This document shows, piece by piece, positions 16,485 to 25,439 of a stretch of 32,006 nt of DNA (position 1 is the first letter of the stretch; each line of letters starts with the position of its first letter). Under the pieces are notes generated by a model, which was not told the origin of the DNA, ran no database searches, and saw nothing but the letters and a program-made list of their open reading frames with translations. The DNA comes from Candidatus Zixiibacteriota bacterium (lineage in GTDB: Bacteria > Zixibacteria > MSB-5A5 > GN15 > JAAZOE01). Location of the stretch: contig JAUUYJ010000001.1 in the NCBI GenBank assembly GCA_030588275.1, positions 1 to 32,006 on the forward strand, given 5' to 3'. The translations under genes and the position numbers were made by a program.

Positions 16485-18008
16485 ATGCGGTTGTCGATGT
16501 TTTCAAAACTCGGAAATAAAAATCAAAGCAGGCGATTTGGAGTTATCGGAGGCGGATACCTGCTTCTACTTCTGCTTTTGTTCACAACCGTTGCCCAACC
16601 GGCCGATGACGATTTCTTTGTCAAACAGGAGATAGACTTAACCGGTCGAATTCTCCGTTGTCTGACAGGGGATATCAGCGGTGATGGCCGCCCTGATATA
16701 ATTTTGATTGTTGGGGGACCTACGGGCGGGAAAAAATTGGAAGCGTACATCCAAAGAGAAACCGGCCGGTTCCCTCCGATAGCATCGGCCATCATCAATT
16801 TGGATAACTCAGTCAGCATGGTCCAACTGTCTGACCTTGACGGCGACAATCGATCTGAAATAATTATGATCGATAAATCTGGCCTATCCCGACTGATATT
16901 TGACGGAGATAAATTCGGTTCACCCCAAAAGGAATTGGATCAGCCGACGATTTTTGCCGGAACCTTCGGCGGGAATATTATCCCCAGCCGTTTTATCAAT
17001 GATATGGGCGGACGACCGGTCGCCTTTATTCCGACTTCCGACGGTTTTTATTTGTGGGAGTTTATCTCAGGCCGTTTTCGTTCTCTGGGGAAAATAGATT
17101 TTCCTTACTACAACTGGAACAATGATCGGCCGGTGAAGCTTTTTCTCGGTGGGGACCAGATCCCCGTTTTCAGTATGGTGTTACCGGAAATTGTGTTAAG
17201 CGATGCCAATCGGGACGGACTTCAGGATATTTATCTGCGTTGGCCGACTCGGGTGGCAATTTTCATTCAGGATGAACAAGGGAAATTCCCGACACAGGCC
17301 AATCATGAATTTAATTTTCAAACCAGCACTGGCGGCAATCTGTGCCAGTCTGCTCTGGTCGATTTTGATCGGGACGGGAAGCTGGATGTCGTCTGCTGTC
17401 GATCGGCTGGGGGTATCTCGGAATCGCAAACAACCATTCGATTTTTTGATGCGACACGGATCGAGAGCGGTAATAACACGCCCAACCACACCGTTAGCCT
17501 GACCGATGCCTGCGGGAATCTTTTAATCAATGATTTTGATGGAAAGGGTGGATTGGAACTGGTTGTTCCGGCGATTGAATTAGGAATTATGTCAACGGTA
17601 AAAAAGATGGTATCAAAAAAGACAGATTTCCATATATTGATTTATCCGGTTGATAATCTGGGTCGCCCGGCGCGCGAACCGCAGATGCGCAAAAAGATTA
17701 CTTGTTATCTCGATTTTGAACGGTCCGACCCTACTGCCGCTTTCCGGATTGATTGGTCTGGTGATTATGATGGAGACGGTATCCTCGATTTAATGCTGGC
17801 CAATGGGAATGGAGAGCTGGTCTTTTATCGTGGATCAGCCGAAGAATATTTAGAGACCAAGGCTGACCTGGTTTTGGATATGCCCAACCCGGGGGATATC
17901 CGGCTAGCTCAACTAAATAACGATGGCCGTTCCGATGTGGTCATAATCCACGAACCTCAGAATGGGCAAGCGCGGTTGACCATCCTGGTTACCAATCAGG
18001 TCTTTTGA
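16485..18008 (+). CDS. Secreted FG-GAP/VCBS-repeat beta-propeller protein
   Basis: 507 aa with an N-terminal hydrophobic signal (GGGYLLLLLLLFTTVAQPA). Seven Ca-binding-like blade motifs: DISGDGRPDIIL, DLDGDNRSEIIM, DANRDGLQDIYL, DFDRDGKLDVVC, DFDGKGGLELVV, DYDGDGILDLML, LNNDGRSDVVII. Confidence 0.8.
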   Translation: MRLSMFSKLGNKNQSRRFGVIGGGYLLLLLLLFTTVAQPADDDFFVKQEIDLTGRILRCLTGDISGDGRPDIILIVGGPTGGKKLEAYIQRETGRFPPIASAIINLDNSVSMVQLSDLDGDNRSEIIMIDKSGLSRLIFDGDKFGSPQKELDQPTIFAGTFGGNIIPSRFINDMGGRPVAFIPTSDGFYLWEFISGRFRSLGKIDFPYYNWNNDRPVKLFLGGDQIPVFSMVLPEIVLSDANRDGLQDIYLRWPTRVAIFIQDEQGKFPTQANHEFNFQTSTGGNLCQSALVDFDRDGKLDVVCCRSAGGISESQTTIRFFDATRIESGNNTPNHTVSLTDACGNLLINDFDGKGGLELVVPAIELGIMSTVKKMVSKKTDFHILIYPVDNLGRPAREPQMRKKITCYLDFERSDPTAAFRIDWSGDYDGDGILDLMLANGNGELVFYRGSAEEYLETKADLVLDMPNPGDIRLAQLNNDGRSDVVIIHEPQNGQARLTILVTNQVF

Positions 18009-18074
18009 TGGTGCCAATTTTTGTGGCCCATTCTTGTTGCTGTTTAATTTCCGGGTCGGTTATATAATACGATA

Positions 18075-19016
18075 ATGTCATCATCGACCATTAATATTGT
18101 CATCAAATTGATCGCGGTGCTTTTGGCGATTTTCCTTTGGTTTAACGTCATCACCCAAAAAAAATATGAGCATCATTTTGATCTTCCGGTGACCGAGATT
18201 GACCTCCCTGGTAAATTTGGTGTCATGACCAGCCTACCGGAATCGTTGAGCGTTGTGGTCGAGGCGGAAGGAAAAAAACTGTTGCGGGACGATTGGCAAA
18301 AAGCTGGTCTGAGGATCAAGGCGGGGCGTCTTAAACGGGGTTTAAATAATCTTGAGATCAATACCGAGTCGGTTGTTCTGGTGCGTGGCGAGGAGATTGA
18401 AATCAAGGAGATTTCCGGGTTGGCGTCGCTTGAAATTCGGCTGGATCAAATCGATTCGGTTCTGAAACCGGTTGCTTCCCGTCTGGCGATCGTAACCGCT
18501 GACGGTTACACCGTTGTTTTGGGACAAGGGACGGTCGATCCGATACAAACGATGGTTACCGGTCCGGCGGCACTATTACTCCAGATCGATTCTATTTTTA
18601 CTGAGCAGAAAATAATTGACGAGGTGGATGGATCAATGGAGTTGATGCTCGCTTTGGAAGTTCCTTTTGGGATGTCTTTTACCACCGCCCATGATTCGGC
18701 CCGGGTGGGAATGGTGGTGGAGCCGATAAAAACGAGGCGACTTGAAAATGTTACCGTTACGATGGTCGATCCCAAAACGATGCGAGCTATATCAGCCAGA
18801 TCGTATCGAAAATGTGTCATCGATCCGGCTCAGGTAACTCTTGAACTGGCCGGTCCGGCATCGTTAATCTACAGTCTGAAAAAGGGGCAAATCAGAGTTA
18901 CCGCCGAAATTCCGTTTGAAAAATTTGACGGATACGTCGAGCCAAACGTTATCTTGCCGGACGGTATTACTCTAATTTCCATCAGCCCTGACTCATTGCG
19001 TGTCGTTGCCAATTAA
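18075..19016 (+). CDS. YbbR-domain protein (CdaR-like)
   Basis: 313 aa. N-terminal anchor NIVIKLIAVLLAIFLWFNV is typical of YbbR proteins. It is followed by repeated ~80-aa beta-rich modules. The stop overlaps the tsaD ATG (TAATG). Confidence 0.55.
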   Translation: MSSSTINIVIKLIAVLLAIFLWFNVITQKKYEHHFDLPVTEIDLPGKFGVMTSLPESLSVVVEAEGKKLLRDDWQKAGLRIKAGRLKRGLNNLEINTESVVLVRGEEIEIKEISGLASLEIRLDQIDSVLKPVASRLAIVTADGYTVVLGQGTVDPIQTMVTGPAALLLQIDSIFTEQKIIDEVDGSMELMLALEVPFGMSFTTAHDSARVGMVVEPIKTRRLENVTVTMVDPKTMRAISARSYRKCVIDPAQVTLELAGPASLIYSLKKGQIRVTAEIPFEKFDGYVEPNVILPDGITLISISPDSLRVVAN

Positions 19017-20014
19017 TGATTACCCTTGGGCTGGAAACATCCTGCGATGAGACCTCGGCCGCTGTCGTCTCAGATGGCAAGACGATTCTCTCTAATGTGA
19101 TTTATTCCCAAATGGTCCATAGTCGTTTCGGCGGAGTTGTCCCGGAACTGGCCGGTCGGGAACATATCAAAAAAATTATCCCAATACTGGACGAAGCGCT
19201 AAGCGAAGCCGATCTAACGCTCGACCAGATCGACTGCTTTGCCGCAACCTTTGGACCAGGGCTGGTCGGAGCCTTGTTGGTTGGATTGTCGATGGCCAAA
19301 TCGTTGGCCTATTTTAACAATAAACCGTTTTGTGCTGTCAATCATTTGGAAGGGCATATCTTTGCCAACCGACTCAGCAAACCGGATATGGATGATCGCT
19401 TTGTAACCCTGTTGGTCTCTGGCGGACACACCATGCTGGTTGATGTTGATGGTTGGGGTCATTATGAAATCCTCGGCAAGACGCTTGATGATGCCGCAGG
19501 AGAAGCGTTTGACAAAGTAGCCAAGCTCCTTGATCTTGGCTATCCCGGTGGTCCGGCGATTGACCGGGAGGCTCGTACAGGTGATCCGGATCGCTTTAAA
19601 TTTCCCCGTGCCTTGCCCGGAGATCGTCTCGATTTCTCCTACTCCGGTTTGAAAACGGCGGTAGCTTTACAGGTGCAAAAGTTACCCCCCGATCAACTCT
19701 TAAGCGATAAGTCAGATCTGGCCGCCTCGTTTCAGGAAGCGGTGGTCGATTCCTTGTGCAGAAAAACGATGTTGGCGCTTAAAAAGACCGGTCGGAAAAC
19801 GGTCGCCCTCTCCGGTGGCGTTGCGGCCAACTCTCGTCTCCGGGAAAAGTTACAGCTGATCTGCGACAGGCAAAGCGTACGGTTGGTATATCCACCTTCA
19901 GAACTTTGTACCGACAATGCCGCGATGATTGCGGCGGTAGCTGATTTTCAGGTTGCCCAAAATGGTCCCTCCGATCTTAACGCTAATGCGATCCCGTATC
20001 AAAAACTTTTTTGA
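19016..20014 (+). CDS. tsaD: tRNA N6-adenosine threonylcarbamoyltransferase TsaD (Kae1/Gcp)
   Basis: 332 aa. ITLGLETSCDETSAAVV, GGVVPELAGREH, NHLEGH, LLVSGGHT, DDAAGEAFDKVAKLLDLGYPGGP, LSGGVAANS and LCTDNAAMIA. Confidence 0.95.
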   Translation: MITLGLETSCDETSAAVVSDGKTILSNVIYSQMVHSRFGGVVPELAGREHIKKIIPILDEALSEADLTLDQIDCFAATFGPGLVGALLVGLSMAKSLAYFNNKPFCAVNHLEGHIFANRLSKPDMDDRFVTLLVSGGHTMLVDVDGWGHYEILGKTLDDAAGEAFDKVAKLLDLGYPGGPAIDREARTGDPDRFKFPRALPGDRLDFSYSGLKTAVALQVQKLPPDQLLSDKSDLAASFQEAVVDSLCRKTMLALKKTGRKTVALSGGVAANSRLREKLQLICDRQSVRLVYPPSELCTDNAAMIAAVADFQVAQNGPSDLNANAIPYQKLF

Positions 20015-20054
20015 TACCTGTTTAAACCAACAATCAGGCAGTAACTTTATTTTC

Positions 20055-20093
20055 AAAAAATTGGCACCCCCCTGACACACTCTGTCAGGGGGG
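20055..20093 (-). terminator. Strong hairpin with U-tract on the minus-strand side
   Basis: CCCCCCTGACA (20067-20077) pairs with TGTCAGGGGGG (20083-20093); the loop is 5 nt. On the minus strand it is followed by TGCCAA then T6 (20055-20060). On the plus strand no T-run follows. The 6-nt offset of the U-tract lowers confidence. Confidence 0.4.
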
Positions 20094-20313
20094 CATGTTA
20101 TAATAATCAGGACTCAACGAATATCTTTATATTTCCCAGGCTATCGAAGTTAGCCCGGTTGCGCTTAAGCACAAAAGCTATGTCTGGTTTTTGGGGGGAT
20201 GATCGATAGCCTGGATAGATATCGGCAGAGGATAGGGGGGTGCATTGGTAATTAGTCTTTGGTTGGGGGTTGGGTTGTAAAGGTAAGCCCCGCTGGGAGG
20301 CGGGGCTTTTTTT
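20094..20313 (+). ncRNA. Candidate structured RNA or long 3' UTR ending at an intrinsic terminator (unclassified)
   Basis: A 12-bp perfect long-range stem pairs CCAGGCTATCGA (20136-20147) with TCGATAGCCTGG (20203-20214). The stretch has G-runs, no credible ORF, and a canonical terminator at its 3' end. I recognised no match to SRP, 6S, tmRNA or RNase P motifs. Confidence 0.2.
20285..20313 (+). terminator. Canonical Rho-independent terminator oriented for + strand transcription
   Basis: AAGCCCCGC (20285-20293) pairs with GCGGGGCTT (20300-20308); the loop is TGGGAG. T7 run at 20307-20313. Confidence 0.8.
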
Positions 20314-20396
20314 GCCCAAAAAGAATCTTGCAAGCGTTACTCACGATTCTCTGTGCCGCGCTTATAGTCATAAGTCGGCACGCAAAACTGCTTCTT

Positions 20397-22574
20397 TTAC
20401 ATTTTCGCTAACATCTTTTTTGCCTCGGCTGTTTGATCCTTACTTAAGCCAAGATCAAGTGCCTGCTTCAAAGCATTTTTTGCCAATCTGTTGTTTTTCT
20501 GCATGAAATCGGTTTTACCCATATAGAAAAACAGTTCCCCCTGGGATGGATCAAGCGTCGTCCCTTTGTAAAATTGCGTCCGGGCCATTTTATATTTCTT
20601 TTGGGCATAATATATTTGCCCTAAAATCAGATAGCCACGCGGGTCGCGGTCGAAATAACGAACCGCCCCCATACCCATACCGGCCGCCAAATCCAAATCT
20701 TTGCCAGCTTCAAAATGGAACTGAGCCATATTGTAATATGCTTCGGGAACCGGTCCGCCCGATTTAATAGCTTTGTTAAAATAGAAAACCATCGAATCGG
20801 TGTTGCCGGCTATCTGAAAAACCAGCCCCTTTAGCTCCAGAGCCGGGCCATGCGTTTCGTAAAGTTCCAGTACCTTATCAATCCGATTCAGAACCGAATC
20901 GGTCAGGCCGTTGTCAAATTCAAATTTGGCCAGCAGGTAATATCCTTTTGTATCCTTAGGATAGCTGGCTGAAAATTTGGCAAAGAGGTCAAGCGCCGCT
21001 TTTTTGTCTCTTATCGCTAACAGGCTGGCCAATGTTTCAATGGCATAGATGCTACCGGGTGATTGATCATAAAGTTTCTGAGCTTGCTTAAGTTCTTTGG
21101 GTCTCTGTCCGGTCGCTTTGTAGGCGGCCAGAAATTTATTGGTTAGTTGGAAATTGTTTTGAAACCGGAAAGGAATTATGGTCGCCAGCTGATCAATTTT
21201 GGTGGAATCTTTTTGCCGGGTCAGGAGATCAAGCAGGGTAGTGAATGATTCCAATTTGGCGCGTGGATGGGTAACCAGGTGACCATAAATTTTAATGGCC
21301 AAATCCTGTCGTTTGGTGCGGGCAAACATCCGACCAATATGCTCAAGCCAAAAGATGTCCTTCCAGTTTTTCTCCAATAAATTTTCTGGATCGTACTTGG
21401 CCGATCCGGTATCCTCCGGAAAACGATGCGACAATTCTGAAGCCCAAAAATAAGCCAAAGAATCGTCGGGGAAGCGCTCCTGACCTTCCAAATAAAAATC
21501 GATAGCACCGGCGTAATCATGTTCGGCAAAAACTGCATCCATCAACTTGTCATAAACCTGCTTAAGGTAATCGTCCGGGTACAGTAAGTTGGTTGCCTTA
21601 ACATAGGCGGCCTGATAGTTGGCCGCCGGAAGCGATAAGGTTTCAAAGTAGCTGTGCATATCGGCCAATTTTTCAATCCAAATCGGCGAGTCTTTTTCCA
21701 GCTGGGCAAAACGGACGTGCATTTTATCCGCCTCAATACTATTTTTGCGAGCCATGTAAAGGTAGGCTCCCAGTTCATACGCCGGTCCGTAAAATTCGGC
21801 GCGACTGGTAATTTCATCAATAACTTCAAGCCCCTCGATAGTAAAACCGTCATCATAGTAATATTGGGCCAAATCAAGCTTCAGCTTCATGTTGGCATCG
21901 TCAAGTGCAATACCCTGTTTGATGTAATGACGGGCGGAGTCATTCATATTTAGATAATTAAATATCGATGCCAGATATTTGAAATGTTGCGCCGATCTCA
22001 AGTTGAGCTGGGCAATACTGGCAAACGCATCATTGCGGGCTCGTTCACCACCCGTATGCAGGGCCACTTCCGCTTTGGCCAGGTTGATAAGGGTTTGGTC
22101 GTCGGTCATCTTGGCGGCCGTATTGATATTGGTCCGGGCCGGGTCAAATCGGTTTTTGGCCAGTTCTACCTGACCATAAAATAGATAGCTTTCCGGATTC
22201 TGAGGCTGTCTTTGAATCATCAAAAGCCCCATCTTGTCCGCCTTTTCGACGAATCCAAGATGCAATGCCACTCGTGTGAACGCTTTCATCGCCGGGTAGT
22301 AGCCGCTGTCCATCTTGGCCGCATCAAGTTGCTTAACCATCGCTTCCCAGTGGTAGCCATAATATTCGTCGATCATCGCTTCGCCAAAAAGTGCATAAGG
22401 CATCTCGGGTGAATCGGTGGCGAGGTCGTCGTATATTTTTTTGGCCTTTGTCAATTGGCCTTCTGTCAGAAAGCGTTCTGCTTGCGCCAGTTGATCGTCG
22501 ACCGACTTGGAACAGCCAGAGAGCAGGGCGGTTGCGATAATAAAAAGCAGAGCAATTTTGATAACCGGTTTCAT
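20397..22574 (-). CDS. TPR-repeat lipoprotein
   Basis: Start taken at ATG 22574 (MKPVIKIALLFIIATALLSGC, a lipobox LSGC) with GGAG upstream; the track ORF extends to 22607. About 725 aa of degenerate TPR-like helical repeats rich in A, Y, L and K. Confidence 0.8.
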   Translation of the reverse strand: MKPVIKIALLFIIATALLSGCSKSVDDQLAQAERFLTEGQLTKAKKIYDDLATDSPEMPYALFGEAMIDEYYGYHWEAMVKQLDAAKMDSGYYPAMKAFTRVALHLGFVEKADKMGLLMIQRQPQNPESYLFYGQVELAKNRFDPARTNINTAAKMTDDQTLINLAKAEVALHTGGERARNDAFASIAQLNLRSAQHFKYLASIFNYLNMNDSARHYIKQGIALDDANMKLKLDLAQYYYDDGFTIEGLEVIDEITSRAEFYGPAYELGAYLYMARKNSIEADKMHVRFAQLEKDSPIWIEKLADMHSYFETLSLPAANYQAAYVKATNLLYPDDYLKQVYDKLMDAVFAEHDYAGAIDFYLEGQERFPDDSLAYFWASELSHRFPEDTGSAKYDPENLLEKNWKDIFWLEHIGRMFARTKRQDLAIKIYGHLVTHPRAKLESFTTLLDLLTRQKDSTKIDQLATIIPFRFQNNFQLTNKFLAAYKATGQRPKELKQAQKLYDQSPGSIYAIETLASLLAIRDKKAALDLFAKFSASYPKDTKGYYLLAKFEFDNGLTDSVLNRIDKVLELYETHGPALELKGLVFQIAGNTDSMVFYFNKAIKSGGPVPEAYYNMAQFHFEAGKDLDLAAGMGMGAVRYFDRDPRGYLILGQIYYAQKKYKMARTQFYKGTTLDPSQGELFFYMGKTDFMQKNNRLAKNALKQALDLGLSKDQTAEAKKMLAKM

Positions 22575-22625
22575 TAAAAAATTCTCCAATAAATAGACAG
22601 AGTTCAATCCGACAATATAATTCCT

Positions 22626-22749
22626 TTTACAGCCGTTTGCCCTTCTTATCGGATTATTTTTAACTTTTTTTAGAGAATCTCCGAAGCTAAGTGGATGTTC
22701 GAGCGTAGCGAGTTACAGCCACTTACCCCCTTGTGGGGTGGCGTTGCCA
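22626..22749. repeat. Second locus of the GC-rich intergenic repeat family
   Basis: GAGCGTAGCGA (22700-22710), GAGTTACAGCCACT (22709-22722), TACAGCCACTTACCCC (22713-22728) and CTTACCCCCTTGTG (22721-22734) are exact copies of segments in 8453-8672. A degenerate copy, TTACAGCCgtTTgCCC, starts at 22626. A small hairpin pairs GTGGC and GCCAC across a gtt loop (22737-22749). Confidence 0.75.
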
Positions 22750-23055
22750 CTCTTAGGCTGTCGCCTTCTCCGATCTAAGTTCTTCCTGTATAATACCGTT
22801 CTGTAGGGTCTTGATTACCGGAGGGCGTGAGCCGGACGGTGAGTGTGACCTGACAGTTAATTCTGATTTATATATAAATGGAGTTACGGTCAGATCACAA
22901 ATATCTGAGCTACATAGGCCGCAGGTCAGACAAATTCCAATAAACTGGATTCGCAAGAGATACCGCAATTAACGGCATTGAATTTTAACGAGCAAATAGT
23001 GTGCGGGGGAGAAGATTTTTGTATGAATAATTATTTATAATGGTTATATTTTTGT

Positions 23056-23781
23056 ATGGCACTTCTGTTGGCAAAAAATTTGGTTAAGGTTTACAATCGC
23101 CGCGAAGTTGTTGGTGGAGTAACGATTGAAGTCAACCCCGGAGAAGTTGTCGGTCTGCTTGGACCGAATGGAGCGGGCAAGACGACAACTTTCTACATGA
23201 TTACCGGATTTATTAAGCCGGTCGCCGGACAGGTTTTTTTGGGGGATGAGAATTTAACCTCACTCCCGATGTACAAACGGGCCCGACGTGGCTTGGGCTA
23301 TCTGCCACAGGAAAGTTCGGTCTTTAGAAAACTCTCGGTTGAGGATAATATCAAGGCAATTCTTGAGTTGCAAAGTATGGGAAGAAAGCAAAGAAAACTG
23401 CGCTTAGAGGAACTTCTCGAAGAGCTTGATATCGGTAATCTACGTAAATCGAAGGCATATATGTTATCTGGTGGTGAAAGGCGACGCCTGGAGATTACCC
23501 GGGCTTTGGCGGCCGAACCGTCCTATATGCTCCTTGATGAACCGTTTGCCGGGATCGACCCGATCGCCGTCGACGATATCCAGAAAATCATTAAAAGGTT
23601 AACCGACAAAGGGTTGGGGGTCTTGATTACCGATCATAATGTCCGTGAAACGCTCTCGATCTGTGACCGAGCGTATATAATGTGCGATGGCAAGATATTA
23701 ACATCCGGAACGGCGGAATATCTCGCTTCCGACCCGGAAGCGAGAAAAGTGTATCTGGGAGAGAAATTTAAACTGAATTAG
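23056..23781 (+). CDS. lptB: LPS export ABC transporter ATP-binding protein LptB
   Basis: 241 aa. Walker [27 protein letters not shown], signature [11 protein letters not shown], Walker [14 protein letters not shown]-loop ITDHN. It sits immediately upstream of rpoN, as in many diderms. Confidence 0.92.
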   Translation: MALLLAKNLVKVYNRREVVGGVTIEVNPGEVVGLLGPNGAGKTTTFYMITGFIKPVAGQVFLGDENLTSLPMYKRARRGLGYLPQESSVFRKLSVEDNIKAILELQSMGRKQRKLRLEELLEELDIGNLRKSKAYMLSGGERRRLEITRALAAEPSYMLLDEPFAGIDPIAVDDIQKIIKRLTDKGLGVLITDHNVRETLSICDRAYIMCDGKILTSGTAEYLASDPEARKVYLGEKFKLN

Positions 23782-23897
23782 CCTAAAGATTGAGCATTCT
23801 TGAGCAGACCTGTTATCATCCCCCAATTTGGGTCGATAATACTACCAAGAAGAGGCTACGACGGCTTCTAATGGATTAACAGGCAACAGGATACGAT

Positions 23898-25301
23898 ATG
23901 AAACTGGGACTTCAATTAAGACTTAAGCAGACGCTGGCACCGCAACTCATTCAATCTTTGAAAATGTTGCAAATGCCGATATTGAAACTGGAACAGACCC
24001 TGCGTCACGAATTAGCTACCAATCCATTGTTGGAAGAGATCGAAACCCTCGAGGCGGAAACTCCCTCCGAAGATGAAGCGGGCGATTCTCCCGAAGAAAA
24101 CGAGCCGGAATCTGATCAGGACAAAATAGACTGGGACGACTATGTCAACGATTTTGACGACGATTGGCGTTCCACAGCATCCACTTCCGAAACGCGAGAA
24201 GATACGTTTCTGGCGACAACTTCCCAGGACGAAACATTATACGATCATCTATATGAGCAACTATCGGTTTTACGTCTTTCCGACGAGCAACATATGGTCG
24301 GGGAATATATTCTTGGTAATATTGATTCCTCTGGGTATCTGGTCGTTTCGGCTGAAGAGATGGCCGCCGAGCTTGAGGTACCATTAGAAGAGATTGAAGA
24401 GTTGTTGGTGATGGTCCGTAAGTTTGATCCGCTCGGAATCGCTTCGCGCGATTTACGAGAATCGCTTTTGATGCAGTTGGCTGATAAACAGCTTGAGGGT
24501 TCTTTGGCCTGGAAAATTGTCGGCGAGCATCTTTACGATCTTGAAAAAAAATCGATTCTTCAGATAGCAAAACTGATGGGGGTGCCGTTTGACAAGACTC
24601 AGGCCGCCCTTGATGTCATCAAAAGTTTGTCCCCCTCCCCAGCTTATGGCCGGTTTACCAGCGGCGCGGCGGCGGTTATTCCCGATCTTATTATCGAACG
24701 GGTTGGAGATGAGTATGTTATTTATCACAACGATCGCAGTCTCCCAAAATTGCGGATCAACCCCTCTTATCGTTCTTTGATCAAGCGTGGCGCAACATCC
24801 TCCAAAGATACCAAAAACTATATCAGGCAAAAGTTGGAGCAGGCCCGGTGGCTGTTGAATTCTATCAACCAGCGGCGTGGTACGATGGTGCGGGTAATGG
24901 AATCTATTATCGAAAGCCAGTACGATTTTTTTGAAAAAGGGACCGAATATTTAAAGCCGCTTATTATGGAAGATATCGCCCGAAAAGTTGATATGAATGT
25001 GGCTACGATATCACGCGTTTCCAGCGGCAAATATGTTCAGACGCCGCATGGTGTGCTTGAGATAAAATATTTTTTCAATACCGGAATTGCCCGAAGCGAT
25101 GGTGGTGAGCTATCCAAAAGGCATGTCAAAAAACAGATCGAAGATATAATAAAAGAAGAAGATCTGACCAAGCCGTTTTCAGATCAGGAAATTTATCGTA
25201 AGCTACAGGCTGATGGAATCAAATTAGCGCGTCGCACGGTAACCAAATATCGCGAGGAGCTAAAAATTCAACCGGCCCGTTTCCGCAAGCGCTCAGTTTA
25301 G
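23898..25301 (+). CDS. rpoN: RNA polymerase sigma-54 factor
   Basis: 467 aa. Region I MKLGLQLRLKQTLAPQLIQSLKMLQMP, an acidic region II, a C-terminal HTH, and the RpoN box ARRTVTKYRE. Confidence 0.97.
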   Translation: MKLGLQLRLKQTLAPQLIQSLKMLQMPILKLEQTLRHELATNPLLEEIETLEAETPSEDEAGDSPEENEPESDQDKIDWDDYVNDFDDDWRSTASTSETREDTFLATTSQDETLYDHLYEQLSVLRLSDEQHMVGEYILGNIDSSGYLVVSAEEMAAELEVPLEEIEELLVMVRKFDPLGIASRDLRESLLMQLADKQLEGSLAWKIVGEHLYDLEKKSILQIAKLMGVPFDKTQAALDVIKSLSPSPAYGRFTSGAAAVIPDLIIERVGDEYVIYHNDRSLPKLRINPSYRSLIKRGATSSKDTKNYIRQKLEQARWLLNSINQRRGTMVRVMESIIESQYDFFEKGTEYLKPLIMEDIARKVDMNVATISRVSSGKYVQTPHGVLEIKYFFNTGIARSDGGELSKRHVKKQIEDIIKEEDLTKPFSDQEIYRKLQADGIKLARRTVTKYREELKIQPARFRKRSV

Positions 25302-25355
25302 GCGCGAACGACACCTCATTCAGTAGTTTTTTTAGCATCTACTATCATAATTTTG

Positions 25356-25384
25356 TTGAATATTACCTGCCCTGTCGGTATAAT
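25356..25384 (+). promoter_or_regulatory. Near-consensus sigma70 promoter TTGAAT-N17-TATAAT upstream of glpX
   Basis: TTGAAT 25356-25361, exact 17-nt spacer, TATAAT 25379-25384. It lies 55 nt upstream of the glpX ATG. Confidence 0.5.
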
Positions 25385-25439
25385 AACTACGTGGAAAACG
25401 ATTTGAGGGATATTCAATACATATCGCAAAGGGTAATTA

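Noticed and set aside
20107-20506. Track ORFs 20107-20319 (-) and 20270-20506 (+) in or near the convergent gap
   Set aside because: The first starts inside a terminator hairpin. It is Pro/Gln-rich because of the C-runs. The second is antisense to the TPR gene 3' end. Neither has an SD.
22753-22968. 71-aa minus-strand ORF in the TPR/lptB intergenic region
   Set aside because: It has no SD and a Cys/Ile-rich composition with no motif. It spans the inverted repeat, so it is most likely non-coding.
23057-23072. TGGCAC-N5-TTGG(C), resembling a sigma54 promoter
   Set aside because: It overlaps the lptB start codon (aTGGCACTTCTGTTGGC = M A L L L A). The -12 position reads GG with correct spacing, and GC appears only with a 1-nt-too-long spacer. 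It would also start transcription inside the CDS. It is probably a coding coincidence.
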